Assembly: GCA_951406725.2 (NCBI GenBank)
Contig: OX597814.1
Coordinates: 212,040,001-212,104,000, forward strand
Reading direction: 5' to 3'
Length of the DNA: 64,000 nucleotides
Source: Octopus vulgaris
Taxonomy: Eukaryota
The notes under the pieces were generated by a model that was given only the letters and a program-made list of their open reading frames with translations, ran no database searches and was not told the origin of the DNA. Positions 57,321-64,000 of this stretch are shown piece after piece; within the stretch, counting starts at the first letter, position 1; every line of letters starts with the position of its first letter. A program made the position numbers and the translations under genes.

Positions 57321-58581
57321 CAATAAGCCATTTTAACCAGTATATGTGCATGTACTGGCGAATCTGAAACTAAACTTCCTGCTAAAGTGAATCACATCAA
57401 ATTCTTCAAATATCACCCTAAGTTTAATCACAAGTGAAATCTTTCCAGAAACCGAAAGGAGATGTTTCTATATATAATGAAATACGCCATTCAAATGCTT
57501 TCAGCAGAGAATGCCTAGACCGCAACACAAACGAGTGTCTCTAGAATTACTAGACAATACTAGTTATTCCTATTTCGCAGGCATCATCAGTAGTCATGCT
57601 CAAACTGTTGTATAAAATATCTGCCAGTATATAAATATTTACTAAAAAAAAAATTTATGGCTGATTTAGCGAAATGTTAATGCGTATAATAAAAAATTAA
57701 TACAAACAACTGGCGCAAAGTAATACCTATTTCTTTATTACCCACAAGGGGCTAAACACAGAGGGGACAAACAAGGACAGACATAGGTATTAACTCGATT
57801 ACATCGACCCCAGTGCATAACTGGTACTTAATTTATCGACCTCGAAAGGATGAAAGGCAAAGTCGACCTCGGCGGAATTTGAACTCACAACGTAACGCAG
57901 ACGAAATACCGCTAAGCATTTCGCCCGGCGTGCTAACGTTTCTGCCAGCTCGCCGCAAAGTAATACCGTTAAGGAAAATGATGATCGCCACTAAATGTGA
58001 CTTCAGGTGCCGAAGCACCTATATTGCTAGAAATAAGAGTTAAAAACTCTTAGCACTGTAAGAGGAGGTAACCATTCCATGAATCACTAGAAACACCTGA
58101 CGTTCATGGGGCAGGTCTCTCCCCTGTCAGTGTATTTATATTACGCTTTTCTTACAGCGTTAAAATTGCTAAATCTTATTTCTAGTAATGTAGTTGCTTT
58201 GGCACCCTCGGCCACATTTTTTGACGATTACATTTTTTGTTTATGGTATTACATTGTACCTTGCTTTACTATTAATTATATATATATATAGTTATATATA
58301 CAGCAATTAGAAAATGGAAGGGATCAAGAGGTGGTATTCATCAAGATTTAAACTTTATATTATGCCTACTTATTTATTTATGTAAAAAATTATAGCAATA
58401 TACCTACTTGTATAATATATAAAAATACCAGTAATTATTAAAATATAATAACGTAAAGCATAGAATGCATCAATAGGCCATTTTAACCAGTATAGTTGCA
58501 TGCACTGGCGAATCTGAAAGTAAACATCCTGCTAAATTGAATCACATCAACTTCTTCAAATATCACCCTAAATTTAATCAC
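57321..58581. repeat. ~110 bp direct repeat (57321-57432 and 58471-58581)
   Basis: Both copies read CAATA(A/G)GCCATTTTAACCAGTATA..CTGGCGAATCTGAAA..CTTCAAATATCACCCTAA.TTTAATCACA. Confidence 0.9.
57728..57953 (-). mobile_element. Single-unit SINE family A with 14 bp flanking direct repeat
   Basis: CGCAAAGTAATACC at 57714-57727 and 57954-57967. Confidence 0.88.
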
Positions 58582-58585
58582 AGTA

Positions 58586-58707
58586 TCTTACAGCTGTTTC
58601 AGCCAAGGGGTCATAGTTTCCCACTTTACCTCCATCCCTTCAGTGAACTGAATTATTTGGTAGATAAGATTAAGGTACTTGGGTGTAACTCTGGGCTTCG
58701 TCAGAGA
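58586..58707 (-). ncRNA. Hammerhead motif with ~90 nt stem II insertion
   Basis: Minus strand TCT-CTGACGA-AGCC...GGCT-GAAAC-AGCT-GTA-AGA; canonical core, palindromic ACAGCTGT. Confidence 0.75.
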
Positions 58708-58867
58708 GTTTAGTAAGTTCATACGGTTATGTTATAAATTTAAATACATACATAACTCCCCACTTTTACATATACTTAAATGTACATAAATATATGTAGT
58801 GAACAGAAACGAGTAAATAAAACAGAAGATAAACTGTTTTTACTTCAAATTTTTATTAATCTTTACT

Positions 58868-58910
58868 GGTATTTGATAAGTTGAGAGTCATCATCGAAAC
58901 CGGTAATATT
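58868..58910 (+). ncRNA. Hammerhead motif, U3:A8 variant
   Basis: GGTAT-TTGATAA-GTTGA.gagtca.TCATC-GAAAC-CG-GTA-ATATT. Confidence 0.65.
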
Positions 58911-59042
58911 TGCTTTATATGATTTTTAAGAACATTTTTATTAAATTCCCTCTTAAATTTAAAATCTTAGACTTCTGTGTTATTTCCACCTACATCTTTT
59001 ATATACAGGAATGTGGTTCGTATAGATCTATTATCTTTCTTT

Positions 59043-59103
<61 letters not shown>

Positions 59104-59282
59104 TTAATAGTGTTCACTTTCGGACTCTCTCTGTGAGAGCCTGAGTTCAAATCGCACGTGCCTCAAATGGGCTGGAGAATTTCTATTTTGGATGTATTTG
59201 GGGTACTTAATTGTGCTCATGACTTAGTGTTTGCTTCTTCCATGGGTATGAGTAAGTATCTCATTTATTTCATTGCCACATT

Positions 59283-59335
59283 TATCACTGACGAAGGGAG
59301 GGTTCTTAGGAACTAACCTTGAAATTAGTCCGATA
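59283..59335 (+). ncRNA. Hammerhead motif downstream of a tRNA-like segment
   Basis: TATCA-CTGACGA-AGG..GTTC.ttag.GAAC..CCTT-GAAAT-TA-GTC-CGATA. Confidence 0.65.
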
Positions 59336-60378
59336 TGGTAATAATGGAATTTTAAAGAAATTTCTGTCGACCTTTTTTGAGTAGCGTGTGCGTATCGTGA
59401 AAACACTATAATGGTTATGGACAGTGTGTCTAATTTCGGCATATTTGGCATTGAAAGTTTTTTCGTTTGTCCTTATTCATAAGTTATATATATATATATA
59501 TATGATGAAAGAGTGAACGCAGAATTAAGTGTTTATAACTTAATCAATTTTCCTGGCGCACAGACGTTGGCATTCTTTATTTTGAAATACTAACTTTGGG
59601 GAAATGTTATTTAGATACATCGGATAATTTCTGACTACCACAGCCGTGATTCTGACACAGTTTGGATGCTTGAATCTGCTTTTCTGAACACAATGATGAA
59701 TTTCTTGCGCCCGCTTCTTATCGTTTGTACAATTTAGAAAAAAGAATATTATAGGTTTCATTGTTTTGACATTATTATGTTGAAACATATGGTTAAAATT
59801 TTAATTGACGTGCTCAGCTTTCTTGTTATTTCCCTTACAATCCGAACACAAATTCTAGGATGCATACCAGAGAGACAGTCATTGGTTATGGATCCCAATT
59901 ACTATCATTAAAGATAATAACGTAGAAAACGTTTTATTCCATGTATCTGAAAGGATGGAGTGAACAGAAAGCTTTTAGAAGCTAATGTCATCTTTCTATG
60001 CTCTATAAGGTCGATGTAAGTGTTTCTTTCAAATACGTTTTTACGTAAAATTTAATTATTACAAAATAAGTCCTTGTACTTCAATATGTTTCCATGGGGG
60101 TATAGGAGTATATATAGATATGTATGTATGTTTCCCTGCGGGCAAAAGTCACGCGAATTAATATAGAATTGAATGACATATACTTAATAGCTTATATACT
60201 TAATCATTGATGTCCATTTGATTTGGTGATGCAAATTATTGGTTCCTAATATGATTGAATTTTGATGGAAACACATAACGTTAAGCGCACATAGAGAGAT
60301 CACAAGAACACAAACGCAGAAACAGTCACAGACACACGCACGTAGGCACATACACACACATACACACATATACATAGA

Positions 60379-60447
<69 letters not shown>

Positions 60448-63263
60448 ACAGATATATAGACACACTCAGGCGTATATTCAGACCCACATCTGTATAATAA
60501 CATATATAGATACATAGTCAGTGACTTGGCGTATACTAGATAACGTCCCGATTATTTAACCCTTGGTCTTTAGGATGGTGGTTATGAAATGAAATAAGAA
60601 AGGCACACTGTATTATTGGAGGTGAGAAGACACATCCAGTTTGTTGTTCCTGTGAAAATAACTACGAATAGAACCGTGTGATGACACGAAATAACTTTCA
60701 CTTGAACGTTGCCAGGCGACTAGATTTTCTAGAAAGGCTTGTATAGGAAATGAATAAATATTATAGGGTTAGTGTCTCTGTAGAAATGGAGTGTGCTCAG
60801 TGGTACCTTACGTGTAGCGTTTTTATCGATAGTTTTTGTGGGGGCGTGCTCAAAGGCTGAGTATGCGTCTGTGTTCATTTGTGTGAACTTTATTTATCAT
60901 TTGGTTAAAATCTTCGGTTAAATGCTTTGGAGCATTTATGTATGCATGGGCATTGAGTGTGTGTAGAGACCTTATATGTAAAGGGGCTTATACTGAGGGG
61001 GAGAAATGTGTCATTTGGATAGATGCATACAGTCTTAGGTTCCGTGCGTCTCCGTTGGTATGTTTGTGCATGTTTTAGTCGAACGCTTTGCTGTATTCCC
61101 CTGTATTGATGGTGGTGATGGGGGAGTACCGAATTTGAGTAACTGGTGATTGTATTCACGATGAGTCATGCATGTATGTATGATAAGATATACTTCTTTT
61201 CTTGTGGGCCAGAATATTAACTTTCATCTCTGCTGTTCAACTTGATTTCTGGATTCTTAGAGTTCTTTAATATGAGTCTTTTCTTAACCAGACATTATCT
61301 GCGTTTCCTTTAAACAATTCTCAGAATCTCCGTTGAATACCGTATGGAAGACTTTTATATTCTAGATGAAATCCTCAGCATATCGGATATCGTATTTAGT
61401 CTATATGAAAGAAGATGAGAGAATATTTTTCAAGTAAATGAACCTAACCATCTTAAAGCATCTAGATAGAAACGACAAATTATATAAAGTGTAAGCTCTG
61501 TTTTCAAAGTAAATGCTCACAAACAGTGATTAAAACACACAAAAGACACCCATTCCCCACACAATGAAAAATGAAATCCAAAACGATTATTCATTCGGAA
61601 TAATGCACATTTCAACTTCCAAGTATACCCCCCAGAAATTCTCAAATCTTTCAAAAACTTTTGTGTAGATATTTTCTCAAACAAGATATGTATTACTCAT
61701 TATTGAATATAAATGCAGCTGTTTAAATTTTAAAAAAAAACACCTAAAATAATATTCATTCAAGTATGGCAAGTCTATCACGTATTTGCATTTTTTCTAA
61801 GAGTAAAACTTTCCCCATGAAAAGAACAATACCTGACGAAAGGATATATTTATATGACTGAATATACTATTTAATGTTCTCATTATATGAGTGTGTGAGA
61901 GAGAAGGAGGATGAAAAATACCACACCACCGTTTCCCTGATTACACTGTTTGGTTTCTGAGAGAAGTTTGCTTTCGAAATATTAAATATGTCTCTTTAGG
62001 AGGAAAGCTACGTAATCTAGTCTTCTCTTTCGTCCCGTGAGGAACGGAGACATTTTCCTAGCTTCATAACCATTAGAAGATAATTTACCAGAATTATACT
62101 CTACTACATTCCATTACCTTATTGCTTTATATTATGATTTGGTGTATCTCTGATTATGAAGCGAAATTGAATATAATTTAAACGTAAAAGGTGTGTGTGT
62201 ATGTGTGTACATATGCACACACACAGATACACACCCACAAAACCACACGCATCTGCGTACGTACATGCATACTCGTACCTACACGTACATAAACATAGAT
62301 ATATATGTATGTTATATATACATATCAGTGGCGTGCAGTGACTTTTGAGGAGGATCATGCAATAAATACTTATTGGTTGAGCCGAAATATTTTGAAATTA
62401 TTTATCTACGAAAACACATTTTGTTATGTAATATGGCCATGATTTCCTCCATAGCCACATTTCAGGCATTTGGACAAATATTTAGAAAATCCTAGAGAAT
62501 CTATGAAAGTAATAGTACACATGTGTGTGTGTGAATGTGTGCATGAATTGTAAATTAGTTACAACAAAACGGGAAGATAATTTCAGTAAATCAAGGAAAA
62601 ATTCCTGATTTTAGAAATTTGGAAACTTTCTTCAATACAGAGGATGGTTAATGATAATAATTTCAAAACTTACGACACAGAGAAATAGATATTTCAAAAT
62701 CAACGTTTGATCTGACTAATTAAGAATTATCGGATTGTTGATATGTTTTGATTAGAATTTTTACGGGTCAAAAGTCAAACCCATTGAGACATTTATCCTG
62801 TCAAGTTAGCGACATCAATTATAAAGAATTATTAACAAAGAGGAACTGATAGAAAGGGAGGGGAAAGCCAAAGCTGTAAACATTCGTTTTTCTCAAAGTA
62901 TGTCTTCCGTAGTTATTTTATCGAGATAAAAAGGAAACTTACAAGCATTGACTTTACAGATAGGCAGGAAGGAATTGATAATTATTGAAAGGTAGGGAGG
63001 GAAGGAAACATTTCAAATACGTTTTTTCTTTAAATATATCTACAGGAATCAGAATGGGAATGCAGCAAATTATGGACGGTTTCCTTTGAAAGAATGTACC
63101 TATTTTAGCTCAGTTTCCAATGATTTGGACGTCCTTTCAATTTGGTTATAAATGCATTACATTCTTAAAGTAAATTTTGAGCTATACAAAAATAAACGGA
63201 CATGCAGTGAATGACTGCACGCGATTGATACATAAACATATATATGTATATAGATACACAGAA

Positions 63264-63315
<52 letters not shown>

Positions 63316-64000
63316 ACACATATATATATATATATATAACAGGTGTTGTTTCCGTGATGTTACGTTACACTATATTACTTGCCCCCAACAGCCCATTCAT
63401 CATTTTTAGATTTAAAATTTTCTTTCAATAGAGAAACTGACCACAATATAGTTCCCTCTCTCAACCACCTCTTTTTCTGAAGTTTCATCTTGAAGACTGT
63501 TCTGACAGTCGGGTCCGTTGTTCGTGCTATATCCTAAGAGCCATAAATCTTTTAACTCAGAAAATCAATAAATAAACGCATTGCACCTGCCGCTGGGATT
63601 AGGATTATTCTTGATTTTCAGAGAGTACATGTAGAAGTAAATTTACCTGCCCTACATATACCTACAAAATACAGTTCATAATTTAATTAAAGGTCATTAT
63701 GTGTGTGCTTTACATATGAATTTTGCAGGCTTTTTTCATGCAGACCGAGTGATTAAATATTCATTCTCTCTTTAAATCATTTACTTCAACAAGCATATTT
63801 TAATTTGCCTTATATATTATGATGCACTATTCATCTGTTTGGAAAAGGTTTCCTATGAATATCATGTGTATGAACACCCGTAGCGTTTGAAATGTAGCAA
63901 CATCCTTCTTTTCCTCACTTCACATAAACGACCATTTCAAATGAGGCGTTTATTGAAGATTCGATAGAGTTAACTATTAACGAATGTCTTGAATAGCTCT

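Noticed and set aside
60540-61700. Possible decayed PLE endonuclease/RT remnants
   Set aside because: Only scattered weak motif hints; not supportable without a search.
61830-61872. CTGACGA plus AT-rich hairpin
   Set aside because: GAAA and stem III are not recognisable.

Overview
AT-rich eukaryotic non-coding DNA with many microsatellites. The SINE families and repeat landscape look like an Octopus (cephalopod) genome; this is recognition-based and unverified. I found no convincing host gene, and most ORFs in the track are microsatellite artefacts. The window is a layered set of decayed transposons: three tRNA-derived SINE families (one inserted as 1-, 2- and 3-unit multimers with target-site duplications), a 5'-truncated near-intact Penelope-like element (RT plus GIY-YIG), further decayed Penelope-like pieces, R4/Dong, Tx1/L1, RTE and CR1-group LINE fragments, two Tc1/mariner remnants and a composite Helitron. 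The main hidden signal is about 18 type I hammerhead-ribozyme motifs from many sequence families, most within short modules bordered by microsatellites. Several carry the compensatory U3:A8 core, several have large stem II insertions, one caps a long rod-like hairpin, and two lie downstream of tRNA-like heads, which suggests SINE-like elements mobilised by Penelope machinery. All structures were read by eye; nothing was computed.
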